Part shown: positions 49,222 through 58,911 of the stretch, piece after piece
How the letters are laid out: each line of letters begins with the position of its first letter
Numbering within the stretch: position 1 is the stretch's first letter
Assembly (NCBI GenBank): GCA_963727625.1
Contig: CAVSHR010000009.1
Location: 416,001 to 480,000 of the forward strand
Direction of reading: 5' to 3'
DNA from: an uncultured delta proteobacterium
GTDB taxonomy: Bacteria > Desulfobacterota > Binatia > UBA9968
Length of the DNA stretch: 64,000 bases
Translations under genes and position numbers: made by a program
The notes under the pieces: model-generated
What the model was told of the DNA's origin: nothing
What the model saw: the letters and a program-made list of their open reading frames with translations, nothing else
Database searches by the model: none

Positions 49222-50634
49222 TCAAGGCGCCGACGGCGAATGCAATTCGAGCTCGATCTGATCGCGGTCGACGATCATCGGCAGCATCGCATCGCGGATC
49301 ACTTTCTCGCTCACTTCGCCAAATCTCTCTTTGAAGCGGTCGAGCGGCACCACCGCCTTGGCCATGGCGCGGTGGCCACCGGCGCTACCGATATCGTCAT
49401 AGAGCTTTTTCATTATATCGCCGGCGCTTTTGACGTAGCCGACATTGCGCACGCAAATGACCACGCGGTCCTTGACCAAGCCGGAAACCACGCTCCACTC
49501 CACACCCTCGATTTGCATGCTGAACTCAGCCATCTGGGGAATCACGTCCTCGCGGTTGATCTCGCCCAGATGAATCACCGCGACGCCGCTGTCGACCTGC
49601 AGCCGGCTTAACGCCCGCCCCATCGCCTCGATATCTTCCCGCGGCAAGGCCGGCCGTTCGATGCGCGTGATCATCGCCTTGTTGGCGAGCGGATAGAGAT
49701 AATTAAACGCGCTCAGATCGGCCAGACTGCTGCCCCGCTCGAGAAACAGCGTGTCGGTCTTGATGCCGTAAACCAGTGCAGTGGCCAAACGCTGCGACGG
49801 CACCATGCCGGCTGCGCGCAGATATTCGGTGAAAATCGTCGAGCTCGCGCCGTAGCTGGTGCGCAAGTCGGCGAACCGGGCTTTGAAGGAGTTCCGCTTG
49901 GGGTGGTGATCCACGACCAGGTCGACTCTCCCCAGCGGCCGATCGAAATAGGGCGGCTGCACGTCGACAAGCGCCACCCGGGCGCCGTCCTTGTGCAAAT
50001 CTTCGTAGGTAATCCGGTCGATGTGGATCTCAAGCAGGCGGATCATGGTGAGGTTTTCCGGCCGGGTGATCTCGCCGAAGGTAACGATCGGCGTCGTTGC
50101 CCGATTCCGCCCGAGCAGCTCGCGCAGCGCCAATGCGCTGCCGATGGCGTCGGGATCGGGATCATGTTGCAGGAGAATATGGATCTTCTTGCTTTCGCTC
50201 AACAGCGAGCGAATCCGCTCGACTTTTTTAATATTGAGCGTGTCGAGCAAGTGCGTGGCGCAGAATTCTTCGAAAATATCGGCCAGATTCAAGTGGCGGA
50301 TCAACGGGTCGGCAACTTCTTTTTTACCGTCGCCGCCCGAAGTGAGAGAGACGATCGACATGCCTTTGTCGAGATCGCGCAGCAGCCGGCAGACACGGCC
50401 CTGGGTATCCGGGTCTCGGATAAGCACAATCGCCTGGTCTACGTGACGCAGTTTGATCTTTTTGTAAGTTTCCTCTTTGAGCAGATCGCCCTGGCGCACC
50501 ATGCCGCCCTGGCGTTTGATCGACCGCGCAACGGAATCATTGGGCACCAGATAACGGACTTCACCCTGTTCCGCGGCGACATTGCGCATGAACTGAAAGA
50601 GCAAATCATCCTCGCAAATCGCTAGATACTGCAT
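49222..50634 (-). CDS. DHH family phosphoesterase with an N-terminal TrkA-N/RCK-like region
   Basis: HDPDPDAIGS, VDHH, GIKTDT, AGGH; N-terminal QGDL...DQAIVL Rossmann-like segment. Confidence 0.85.
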   Translation of the reverse strand: MQYLAICEDDLLFQFMRNVAAEQGEVRYLVPNDSVARSIKRQGGMVRQGDLLKEETYKKIKLRHVDQAIVLIRDPDTQGRVCRLLRDLDKGMSIVSLTSGGDGKKEVADPLIRHLNLADIFEEFCATHLLDTLNIKKVERIRSLLSESKKIHILLQHDPDPDAIGSALALRELLGRNRATTPIVTFGEITRPENLTMIRLLEIHIDRITYEDLHKDGARVALVDVQPPYFDRPLGRVDLVVDHHPKRNSFKARFADLRTSYGASSTIFTEYLRAAGMVPSQRLATALVYGIKTDTLFLERGSSLADLSAFNYLYPLANKAMITRIERPALPREDIEAMGRALSRLQVDSGVAVIHLGEINREDVIPQMAEFSMQIEGVEWSVVSGLVKDRVVICVRNVGYVKSAGDIMKKLYDDIGSAGGHRAMAKAVVPLDRFKERFGEVSEKVIRDAMLPMIVDRDQIELELHSPSAP

Positions 50635-50820
50635 GGACGAGTCCCTAGATGGAGAATTGCTTGGATAGTTGGTGCGAGGCGAAATTTACCGATCGGTCCT
50701 TCATCAGTTCGGGCGTGAGTTTAGCACCAGGGTTTTGTCAATACTAGGGGGCGAGCTTGTACCCAGGCTCCGGTAAGATAATAGGGCACCAATTAATCAG
50801 TGGAACCGGAGAATGCGCAC

Positions 50821-51251
50821 ATGATCAACAGCGGTGAGCGGGGTTTCGGTTTGCCAAAGTTCAGGCAGGCTGAAAGGGAGCGGCGCTGGGGGCGCGTGCG
50901 CGAGCTCATGGGCGAGGCGCATCTCGACGCCATCATCGGATTTCCCAACCAAAGCCACTGGGACCAGTTTCAAGCCGATGTCCGCTATCTGACACACATC
51001 GGCGGCCACCAAACCGAAGCCGCCATGGTCTTCCCGCAAGCGGGCGAGCCGACGGCCTTCGTCCGGAAGGCGAGCGCAGCATTGATCTGTTCGATCCCGA
51101 CAACAATCGGCTGCAAATCACCGCCCACGCACCGAATCAAAAAGAAGAACTGCTTGACGACGAAGAAAAATGGCGCCGCATCATCGCCAGCCGCAAAGAA
51201 CAAGGCCGCGGCTTGAGCCGCCGGGAAAGCAGCGGGAAGAAATTGCTCTAA
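50821..51251 (+). pseudogene. Chimeric remnant: M24 aminopeptidase P-like N-terminus joined to a VOC-like C-terminus
   Basis: ERERRWGRVRELM...DVRYLT then in another frame GERSIDLFDPDNNRLQI...KKLL*. Confidence 0.55.
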
Positions 51252-51306
51252 GAATTGTTTCCACCCGGCTCGGGATTGAAATTTTCCGACCCGCCCAATC
51301 AACCGA

Positions 51307-52329
51307 CTATTTTTTGGCCATGATCAGCATCGTTCCCGGCAATGTCTTGGGAACCTCGCCGTGGGTTTCAATCGACGCGAATCCCGCTTTCTTGAGCCAG
51401 TCGGAATACTGCGACAGCGTCCAGCACTCGCCCTCCGGCGTGTGCGTCAGCGTGTAGACGGAAAAGCGCAAAGCGAAAGTCGGTTCGGTCCGTTCTTCGT
51501 TGGGGACGAAATCGTTGACGACAAAGATGCCGCCGGGTTTGAGCGCCGAGAAGGCTTTGGCGAATAATTCCTGATTACCCTTGGGGGATTCGAAGCGGCA
51601 GAAGTTACTGGCTAGAACTAAATCGTAATAATTCGACTCGATGTTGGCGGTGTGATGCTCGCCGTCGATGAAGCGGATCTTGCCTTCGAGGCCGCGCTCT
51701 TTGTTAGCCTTCTTGGCTACCGCATTGACGTTGGGCCAGTCGAGCTGTGTCACCTGCGCGGTTGGATCGCGCGTCACGATCGTCATGCCGAAGATGCTCG
51801 AGCCGCCGGCAATGTCGAGCACGCGCATGCCCCTGCGCTCCGTGCCGATTTTCAGGATATCGCAGAGCGCCTTGGCGGCTGGCTCGGCGATCACGATGAT
51901 GCCGAGCACCAGTTTTTCCCAAACCGGCAACTCGGCATTGGTATCCATGCGGCTCAGCGGTTTGCCGGTCTTGAGCGATTCTTTGAGATGCGCCATGCCG
52001 TCCCATAGCGCCAGAGCGACATGGCGGAAATCGCCGCAATAGGACGGCTTCCCTTTGACCAGAAAGGCCTGCGCTGATGGCGTGAGAAAATACTTGCCGT
52101 CGCGTTTTTCGATCAACGACAACGCCGGCAAGCTGTCGAGCACGATGCGCGTGGCGCGCGCATCCGTGCCGGCTTCCCGCGCCACCGCTTCAGCGCTGGT
52201 GAAACCTTTGCTGATCAGCGTGAAAAAATCGTACTCCAGCGCCGCGTCGAGAATTTGACTATTGGCGAAATCGCCGAGTATCCGCATCAGCGGACGGGGT
52301 GAAATATCTTCGTGGGTAGACTCCGCCAT
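51307..52329 (-). CDS. O-methyltransferase (Methyltransf_2 type with dimerisation domain)
   Basis: N-terminal AALEYDFFT dimerisation region, VLDIAGGS, LKPGG; start set at MAESTHED. Confidence 0.88.
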   Translation of the reverse strand: MAESTHEDISPRPLMRILGDFANSQILDAALEYDFFTLISKGFTSAEAVAREAGTDARATRIVLDSLPALSLIEKRDGKYFLTPSAQAFLVKGKPSYCGDFRHVALALWDGMAHLKESLKTGKPLSRMDTNAELPVWEKLVLGIIVIAEPAAKALCDILKIGTERRGMRVLDIAGGSSIFGMTIVTRDPTAQVTQLDWPNVNAVAKKANKERGLEGKIRFIDGEHHTANIESNYYDLVLASNFCRFESPKGNQELFAKAFSALKPGGIFVVNDFVPNEERTEPTFALRFSVYTLTHTPEGECWTLSQYSDWLKKAGFASIETHGEVPKTLPGTMLIMAKK

Positions 52330-52331
52330 AA

Positions 52332-53126
52332 TTATTCTTTGTACAGGCCTTCCTGCTTGATTTGCTGATAAACCCCCTCGAAGAACCAGGCGAAATACGC
52401 TGTGCCCATGCGCATGCAGTATTCTAAGTTGAAGCCCGGGCGGGTTTCGGCCTTGCCTTCGGTGAGCAAATTCTTCAAGACCAGCCAATCGAGATCGGCG
52501 TGGGCCATAATGCCATCATGCTCTTCCAGGTCAGCTTTGGCATGCACGCTAAAGTAGACGATCTTTTCTTCAGGAAAGTTGTAGACCTTGCGTAGCGCGG
52601 TGCCAAAGAAGCGCGCCCAGTGGCCCACCGCCTCTTCAACGCAGAAGGATGCCCACCACTCGGCGGTGGTGCCTTCATAAAGAACGCCTCGGTAGTATTC
52701 CAAGAATGCCCGGCATTCGGCGAGCATTTCGTACTCGACCATTTCGTCGTCGCGCAAACCGAAGTTGCGCCCCTGTTCGAGGACAATCTGAATATGGCCG
52801 GGGGGTTTGGGATGGATCATCTCGTCGGCCACATGGGCGGCAAAGTGTTTGAGCAGCTCGGGGTGACGTTTGAAAAATGGCTGCTGCCGTTGGTAGGCGA
52901 CGCCGTGAAAATTGTTGATTTCGGCGACAAAGCCATACCAGTTCTGCCAAAAGATTTTGATCGCCTCCATCGGCAGCGTGCCGTTACCCATGTCCGTGTG
53001 AAAGCGTCCCTTGATCAGCCACTTGTCGGCGATACCCAACAGATACGCTTTCAAATCCGCGATCACCGCGTCGGCTTCCTGCGGCGCCAGCTTCTTGCCG
53101 GAAAAATCCTGCCTGCCTAGTCCCAT
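52332..53126 (-). CDS. Heme-oxygenase-like diiron enzyme (PqqC/CADD/TenA fold)
   Basis: DEMIHPKPPGH, CVEE and YFSVHAKADLEEH...H metal-ligand pattern. Confidence 0.72.
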   Translation of the reverse strand: MGLGRQDFSGKKLAPQEADAVIADLKAYLLGIADKWLIKGRFHTDMGNGTLPMEAIKIFWQNWYGFVAEINNFHGVAYQRQQPFFKRHPELLKHFAAHVADEMIHPKPPGHIQIVLEQGRNFGLRDDEMVEYEMLAECRAFLEYYRGVLYEGTTAEWWASFCVEEAVGHWARFFGTALRKVYNFPEEKIVYFSVHAKADLEEHDGIMAHADLDWLVLKNLLTEGKAETRPGFNLEYCMRMGTAYFAWFFEGVYQQIKQEGLYKE

Positions 53127-53217
53127 AAAGTTCTCCTTACCGCAAATCTCGCGAAACCTTTAGTGCTATATTTCTTGGACGTTGAACTTTTGAACGCTTG
53201 AACCTTGAACGAACTTA

Positions 53218-54702
53218 TTAATAGAGCGCCCCAGGGTTGAGAATATTATTAGGATCCACCATCTGTTTGATTTCTTTGATCACGTCGTAAAGGTTGCCGA
53301 GCCGCTGGTACGGCAGCGGCCCCTTGGTGCTGAGCGTCGGCGCGGTCCAGACCACGCCCCGTTCGTTGCTGAACTGCTGAACCATTCCCATCCATTTGCG
53401 CAATCTGCCGATGTCTTCGTCATCGTAGGGGTTGTAGAAAACGAAGTACTCTTCTTTAATGCCGAAGTCGCGGGTGACGTAACTGTCGTGCTGAGGCGAA
53501 TGTGCGGCGTCCCACAGGCCGCACTCGCGTTTGGCCGCCTCGTCGAGATCGTACATCTCTTTCAAAAACGTCAGCGGGTACATTTTCGACGTCACCGCGA
53601 ACATGCCGGTGTGGCGAACCACAGTGCCGCACCAGCCGTCCGGCCCCATGACATGCCAGTCGGGCCAGCCGCGCAGTCCATGTTCTTGCGCCTTAGCGCC
53701 CATTGCCTTTTCGGCAATCTCCGGCACGTCGACGCCGCCGGCGTCATGATAGATGCGCCGCATGCGCCTTTCCTTGAGCGCGAGTTCTTCCTGGTCGCGC
53801 GCCATCAGCATGGTCTTCAAGAAAAACCAGCCGTCGTCGGGAATCTTGCTCTTGTCGTATAAACCCTCTTCCATCGGCCAGTGATACTGCCAGCGGTCGG
53901 TAAAATGGATATCGTAAACCGCCTCGCCTTTGACCTGCTGCATGAGCGCATTTTGCGCTTCCGCCAGCTGATCGCGGCGGAAAGAATAGCAATAATCGTG
54001 CAGCCACTCGCGCCTGCCCTCGATGGCTCGCAGGCAGACCTTGGTGATAATCCCCATGGAGCCCGCGGCGAGCGTGAAGAGTCCGAGCAGGTCCGGCAAG
54101 TGAATCCATTTTTGAAACGGCCCGAAGGTCGTCTCTTGATTGGCCAGCGCGCCAAGGCGAATAGTTTCGCCGTTGGCGAGCACCACTTCCAGACCGAGCA
54201 CCATGTCGGCGATCCAGCCGTAGCGCGTCATGCCGTAGCCGATGCCGCCCTTGTTGATCATCGCGCCGATCACCACCGCCGGGCCGTAGGTGCCGAAGTT
54301 GGGCAGCATCAAACCATGCCGCCTGAGCGCGTAGTGAATCGCATAGACACTCGCGCCGCCCTCGGCGATCACATACTGCATAGTCGAATTCACTTCGAGG
54401 ATTTTGTCCATGCCGAGCATATCCAGCAACAGACCACCCTTGAGGGGAGAGCTGATGCCCATGCCGACGCCGCCTTTGGCGACGATGGGAATCTTATGCT
54501 CGTTGGCAAATTTCAGAATCTCGGCCACCGGCTGATTGCCTTGGGTGTCGGACTCGACGCGCACGATCACGTCGGGCAGCGCCCGATAAGCGCCGTATGC
54601 GAGCGTGTGCTGGTAGTTGATCTTGTCGATCGGGTTGGTCGAGACGTGGCGCGGGCCGACGATCTCTTTCAATTTCGCGACAATCTCTTCGACAGAAAGC
54701 AT
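53218..54702 (-). CDS. FAD-binding oxidoreductase (GlcD/VAO-PCMH family)
   Basis: PDVIVR, VLGLEVVLANG, GSMGIITK, DPNNILNPG. Confidence 0.87.
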   Translation of the reverse strand: MLSVEEIVAKLKEIVGPRHVSTNPIDKINYQHTLAYGAYRALPDVIVRVESDTQGNQPVAEILKFANEHKIPIVAKGGVGMGISSPLKGGLLLDMLGMDKILEVNSTMQYVIAEGGASVYAIHYALRRHGLMLPNFGTYGPAVVIGAMINKGGIGYGMTRYGWIADMVLGLEVVLANGETIRLGALANQETTFGPFQKWIHLPDLLGLFTLAAGSMGIITKVCLRAIEGRREWLHDYCYSFRRDQLAEAQNALMQQVKGEAVYDIHFTDRWQYHWPMEEGLYDKSKIPDDGWFFLKTMLMARDQEELALKERRMRRIYHDAGGVDVPEIAEKAMGAKAQEHGLRGWPDWHVMGPDGWCGTVVRHTGMFAVTSKMYPLTFLKEMYDLDEAAKRECGLWDAAHSPQHDSYVTRDFGIKEEYFVFYNPYDDEDIGRLRKWMGMVQQFSNERGVVWTAPTLSTKGPLPYQRLGNLYDVIKEIKQMVDPNNILNPGALY

Positions 54703-54711
54703 GGGGAAAAC

Positions 54712-54836
54712 AATTGGTAATGGAGAATCGATAATTGAAAATTTACAATTCGGACAATCTACGCCGACTGGCTTCGGCTGGTGAGCAGTTCGGTAATTCC
54801 GGGGTTATCAATTCTCCATTATCCATTGTCAATTCT
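54712..54836. repeat. Heptamer-like inverted repeat unit inside the operon
   Basis: aatggagaatcgataattgaaaatt versus ttatcaattctccattatccattgtcaatt. Confidence 0.7.
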
Positions 54837-55613
54837 TCAAAGCTGCAGATGGCTGCCGCCGGTGATCAGGATATGGCTGCCCGTGAGCATGCTCGCTTCA
54901 TCACCGGCCAGGAACGCGATGGCGCCGGCGACATCTTCGGGATAGAGGTGTTTCTGCAGCGGCCGGGTGTCCTTGACTCGCTCCCTGTATGCCTCGGGCA
55001 TAATCATCGACGCATCGGTTAGCGTAAACGCCGGCGTAACGACATTGACGGCAATGCCTAAAGGCCCCAATTCGATCGCCATGGTATTGGCCATGGATTC
55101 GAGAGCCGATTTCGCCGCGGCATAAGCGCCCATCCTCGGCAACGGCTGCTGCGCCAATCGGGTGCTGACCACGATGATTCGGCCGCTCTTCTTTTGTTGC
55201 ATGGCGGGCAAACACGCGCGCGTGCAATGGAAGAATGCCGACAGCTCGTGCTCAATGGAGCGCTGAAAACCCTCCCAGGACAGCGCGTACAACGGACCAA
55301 CCTCAAAGGGAAAGTAGGCGTTGTTGACCAAGACATCGACGGGGCCGAGCGCCTGCTCAGTCGTCTGCACCATCTTGTCGATCTGATCCTTCCGGGTTAC
55401 GTCCGCTTGAAAGATTATCCCGCGGGCGCCGGAGTTCCTAACTTCCTGGAGGACCTTGTCGGCGGCCTCCTGATTCCGGTGGTAATTGACGACCACCGCG
55501 GCCCCGCCTTGGGCCAACCGGATGGCGGCCGCCGCACCGATGCCGCGGCTCGCGCCGGTCACAAGAGCAACCTTCCCGTCCAGCGGGCGACTGCTTAACT
55601 GGCCAGCCATCAA
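54837..55613 (-). CDS. Short-chain dehydrogenase/reductase
   Basis: TGASRGIG, NNA and YAAAK motifs. Confidence 0.92.
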   Translation of the reverse strand: MMAGQLSSRPLDGKVALVTGASRGIGAAAAIRLAQGGAAVVVNYHRNQEAADKVLQEVRNSGARGIIFQADVTRKDQIDKMVQTTEQALGPVDVLVNNAYFPFEVGPLYALSWEGFQRSIEHELSAFFHCTRACLPAMQQKKSGRIIVVSTRLAQQPLPRMGAYAAAKSALESMANTMAIELGPLGIAVNVVTPAFTLTDASMIMPEAYRERVKDTRPLQKHLYPEDVAGAIAFLAGDEASMLTGSHILITGGSHLQL

Positions 55614-55624
55614 GTTGGACCCGA

Positions 55625-57106
55625 TCAGATCGCGACGGCGTCTTCGGCGGCGCCTTTTTCGTATTTAGCGGCGTTGTTCTTAAATGACAGGAACTTCATT
55701 TTTACATAAGGCGAGCTGTAACCGTTCAAAATCCGCTCGACGCGGCCCGGCTTGCTGTAGAATGATTGGAACGCCCAGCCTGTCAGTTCGCCCAACTGCT
55801 GGCGTGTCAAATGCTTGGTCGGCATGACAGAGTGCTCGAGATCGTACAGGCTAAGATTGTCGATTTCGATGATGTTGTTCTTGATGGCGGCCTTATATAT
55901 GGGTGAGCCCGGAATCGGATTGAGCACCTGAATCATGACGATATCGGGATCGATCTCGTCGACGGCTTTCGCGCGTTGGCGGATCTTAGCTTCGTCATCC
56001 TCCCAAAAACCATTCAAATAAGTGGAAATCGTTGAAATGTCGTTCTTGCGTAGAAACTGAATCAGCTCTTTCAGTTCTTTGACGCCAACCTTCATCGGTC
56101 CCTTGCGCGCCTCGGCGATCTCTTCGTCCGTGCCGCCATCGATGCCGATCAAGACTTGATACAAGCCGACCTTGCGCAAACGCGGCACCAAATCCATGTC
56201 ACGAATTAGGTTTTGCGCTCGGCTGAGCATGAACCAACTCATGTCTAATTTTTTCTCTTCCAACGCTTCGACCAAGTCGACCATCTTTTGCCGATCGGAG
56301 TTGAAATCGTCGTCCATGAAGGTGAGCGCTTTGACGCCATAAGTTTTGTTCAGCAGCTCCATTTCTTCAGCGACTTTCTTGCCGCCTTTGGTTCGGTGCG
56401 AGCTGAAATCGCGCGGATTGCGCTGGTCGACCAGCCACCACTCGTAGCAGAAATGACAAGCGCCCTCGCATCCCCGGGAAGTCACCGTCTCGTTGTAATT
56501 GGGAATCACCGAGTAGCCATAGTACTTGTCCATCGGAAAGAGATCGTAGGCCGGCATGGGCAGTTCATCGAGATTGGCAATCACCGGCCTTGCCGGCGTA
56601 AGCACGACCTCGCCGTTGTCGCGGTAAGCCAGTCCCTTGATCCCGCTGAAATCGGGCGCGGGTTTTTTCAATTCCGCTAAGAGCTCCCACACCGCATACT
56701 CATTGTCGCCGAACACTCCGACAATCGCGAAGTCGAGCTGGGGGTTATCGGTCATGATTTTCTGCGGCACGGCGGTGTACATCAAACCGCCGCCGATAGT
56801 AATCGTGCTCGGGGTAACGTCCTTAATTTTCTTCATCGCTGCATGAAAGCGGTTCAACGTGGCGGCGCCGCCTGCAGCAGCGATCATCGCGCCGAAGAAA
56901 ACCGCGTCAGGTTTTTGCCGGCGAACCTCGTCCACCATCTGCTCGTCGGTCAGACCCAGGGCGCGGCAGTCGAGCACCGACACCTCAGCCGCCTTCTTTT
57001 CGCGGATGAATGCAGCGAGCTGAGAATACAGCGAGTTGACGGCAAAATGGCGGTCGCCCCAAGGCGCCCAATTTCCCATGGGGGGCGTAATAAATAGGAG
57101 TTTCAT
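55625..57106 (-). CDS. Cobalamin-binding radical SAM enzyme (BchE-like superfamily)
   Basis: N-terminal B12-binding domain, LDELPMPAYDL, SRGCEGACHFC; start at MKLLF after AGGAG RBS. Confidence 0.92.
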   Translation of the reverse strand: MKLLFITPPMGNWAPWGDRHFAVNSLYSQLAAFIREKKAAEVSVLDCRALGLTDEQMVDEVRRQKPDAVFFGAMIAAAGGAATLNRFHAAMKKIKDVTPSTITIGGGLMYTAVPQKIMTDNPQLDFAIVGVFGDNEYAVWELLAELKKPAPDFSGIKGLAYRDNGEVVLTPARPVIANLDELPMPAYDLFPMDKYYGYSVIPNYNETVTSRGCEGACHFCYEWWLVDQRNPRDFSSHRTKGGKKVAEEMELLNKTYGVKALTFMDDDFNSDRQKMVDLVEALEEKKLDMSWFMLSRAQNLIRDMDLVPRLRKVGLYQVLIGIDGGTDEEIAEARKGPMKVGVKELKELIQFLRKNDISTISTYLNGFWEDDEAKIRQRAKAVDEIDPDIVMIQVLNPIPGSPIYKAAIKNNIIEIDNLSLYDLEHSVMPTKHLTRQQLGELTGWAFQSFYSKPGRVERILNGYSSPYVKMKFLSFKNNAAKYEKGAAEDAVAI

Positions 57107-57142
57107 CTTAATCTCCTGGCTATGGCGGGATTCGTTCAATTG

Positions 57143-57171
57143 AAAATATTTAATACCTAAACGATTGTCAA
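57143..57171 (-). promoter_or_regulatory. Sigma70-type promoter of the radical SAM operon
   Basis: TTGACA-N17-TATTTT on the minus strand, 36 nt upstream of the ATG at 57106. Confidence 0.6.
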
Positions 57172-57333
57172 GGTTGGCGGCTGTTAAACCTTATCGATGC
57201 GGCGTTAATCGCCGGCCAAAGTGTAGAAAATGCGAGACCAAAGGCGTATTGACAAGGTTCAGGCCTTTTGATACTGATTCGCAGGCTAAGCAAGGGTATA
57301 GGTCTTTTACCGAGTTAACAGGAGGGTCTCGAT

Positions 57334-58176
57334 ATGGCTCAAGCCGCGCGCGAGGAACAACTTTTAGATATACGCGTCGCCGAGGCATCCGCCGCGTATA
57401 AGTTCTATCTCAATCAGGAAGCGAAGATCCTCGGCAGCATTGCCGTGGTACTCTTTTTGACGACCTGGGAGCTGGTCGGAAATACTCTTCAGCTCATCAA
57501 CCCGATGTTCATGAGCTCCCCCTCGCTCATTGGCAAAGCGGCCTACCAGCTGTTCGCATCCGGGGAAATCTGGAACGATCTCCGTGTCAGCGGCATCGAG
57601 TTTTTCTGGGGCTATCTCCTGTCCATTGTCGTCGCCATTCCGTTTGGCATCGCCATTGGCTGGTACAGAAGATTCGCCTACATATGCGACCCTTTCGTCA
57701 ATGCCATGAATGCAACCCCCCGCATCGCCCTGCTCCCTCTGGTCATCATTTGGGTTGGCATCGGCATCGCGTCAAAGGTCGCAATCATCTTCCTGGGCGC
57801 GGTCTTTCCCCTGCTGATCAACACTCGTGATGGAGTTAAAACGACCCCGGCCAATCTCCTCACAGCCGCGAGAAGTTTCGGCGCTTCCGAGTGGCAAATT
57901 TTCAAAGCGGTGGTTTTGCCCTCGACGATACCCTTTATCATCACGGGTCTCCGCCTCGCGGTGGGGCGCGCGCTGATCGGCGTCATGGTCGGCGAGCTCT
58001 ACGCTGCGACCGCCGGCATCGGCTTTATGATCACGGTTGCCGGTGCGACTTTCCAAACCGATAAAGTTTTCGTCGGTGTGTTGGTTTTCGCCATCACAGG
58101 GATGGCAATGACTGAACTCATCAACCGTTGGGAACGGCGTTTCGACAAATGGCGTCCAAAGGTTGGCTCCGACTAA
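57334..58176 (+). CDS. ABC transporter permease, NitT/TauT family
   Basis: PRIALLPL, EAA loop AARSFGAS, GLRLA, GELYA..AGIG. Confidence 0.92.
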   Translation: MAQAAREEQLLDIRVAEASAAYKFYLNQEAKILGSIAVVLFLTTWELVGNTLQLINPMFMSSPSLIGKAAYQLFASGEIWNDLRVSGIEFFWGYLLSIVVAIPFGIAIGWYRRFAYICDPFVNAMNATPRIALLPLVIIWVGIGIASKVAIIFLGAVFPLLINTRDGVKTTPANLLTAARSFGASEWQIFKAVVLPSTIPFIITGLRLAVGRALIGVMVGELYAATAGIGFMITVAGATFQTDKVFVGVLVFAITGMAMTELINRWERRFDKWRPKVGSD

Positions 58177-58198
58177 AAGCACGGCTAAAACTGAAACT

Positions 58199-58232
58199 AA
58201 AGGGCGCTAGATTAATTCTAGCGCCCTTTTTT
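58199..58232 (+). terminator. Rho-independent terminator
   Basis: aaagggcgctaga-ttaat-tctagcgcccttt perfect stem followed by a T tract. Confidence 0.88.
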
Positions 58233-58911
58233 ATGTCTCTCCTATCCGGAGAAATTTAATTTTGCCCGGTGCCTAAACATTTGTTCTCTCTACCTCCAAC
58301 TGCGGTTTCTAGCTTAATTCATTGACCAAAACATTTTTTACTGCACTTCAGGTGGCTTGGCGTTACCCGCCATTTACATCCTGCTGTGATTCTTACGCCA
58401 GCCCTTCGCTCCTTGCAGCGATCGGCTCTGGTTTGAAGTCGGCAGTTCGACTGTTTGCACAATATTAAATTTCGCTGAGACCCTGCGTGATCTTAGCTCC
58501 GGCGTGCTTCTGAGCCTAGCATTATGGCAATTTGTAGCTCGCGGCATCGCGGCCCAGCCGTTTCCGCTACAGAGGCCGGGAAATCGTCATCGAGTTAGTC
58601 TCAGCGGAGACCTTAGACCTGCCGTTCAAGCGTTTACTGATTCCGGGGCGCGTTGCTTATCGGTTTCATGGCGGTCCCCCAGCGTTGGCGAAAAGGGATC
58701 TAGCCGCATTGGCGTGAGACCATCCTAAGCGCGCAAAACTTTCTCAAACGCGGACATTGAGGCGCTTACGATGGAGAGTTGAAAAAGCTCGCAAGTCATT
58801 TCGAGGAGCAATAAAAGTCACCGTGAGATGCAAATTTCTAAGGGCTTCTAGCATCGCCTTCGAAATCTACGCAGTTTCTTTTTTCTAACTTTTGTTGTTA
58901 TAGAACGTTCG

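Noticed and set aside
52330-52488. N-terminal extension of the O-methyltransferase ORF
   Set aside because: Overlaps the upstream HDO gene; the ATG at 52329 sits 2 nt after its stop
55625-57106. Assignment as bchE or bzaD/bzaE
   Set aside because: Only superfamily-level similarity; no bch, cobT or bzaA/B/F genes in the window
58233-58911. Gene or ncRNA in the 680-nt gap
   Set aside because: No ORF with a convincing RBS or motif and no recognisable RNA structure
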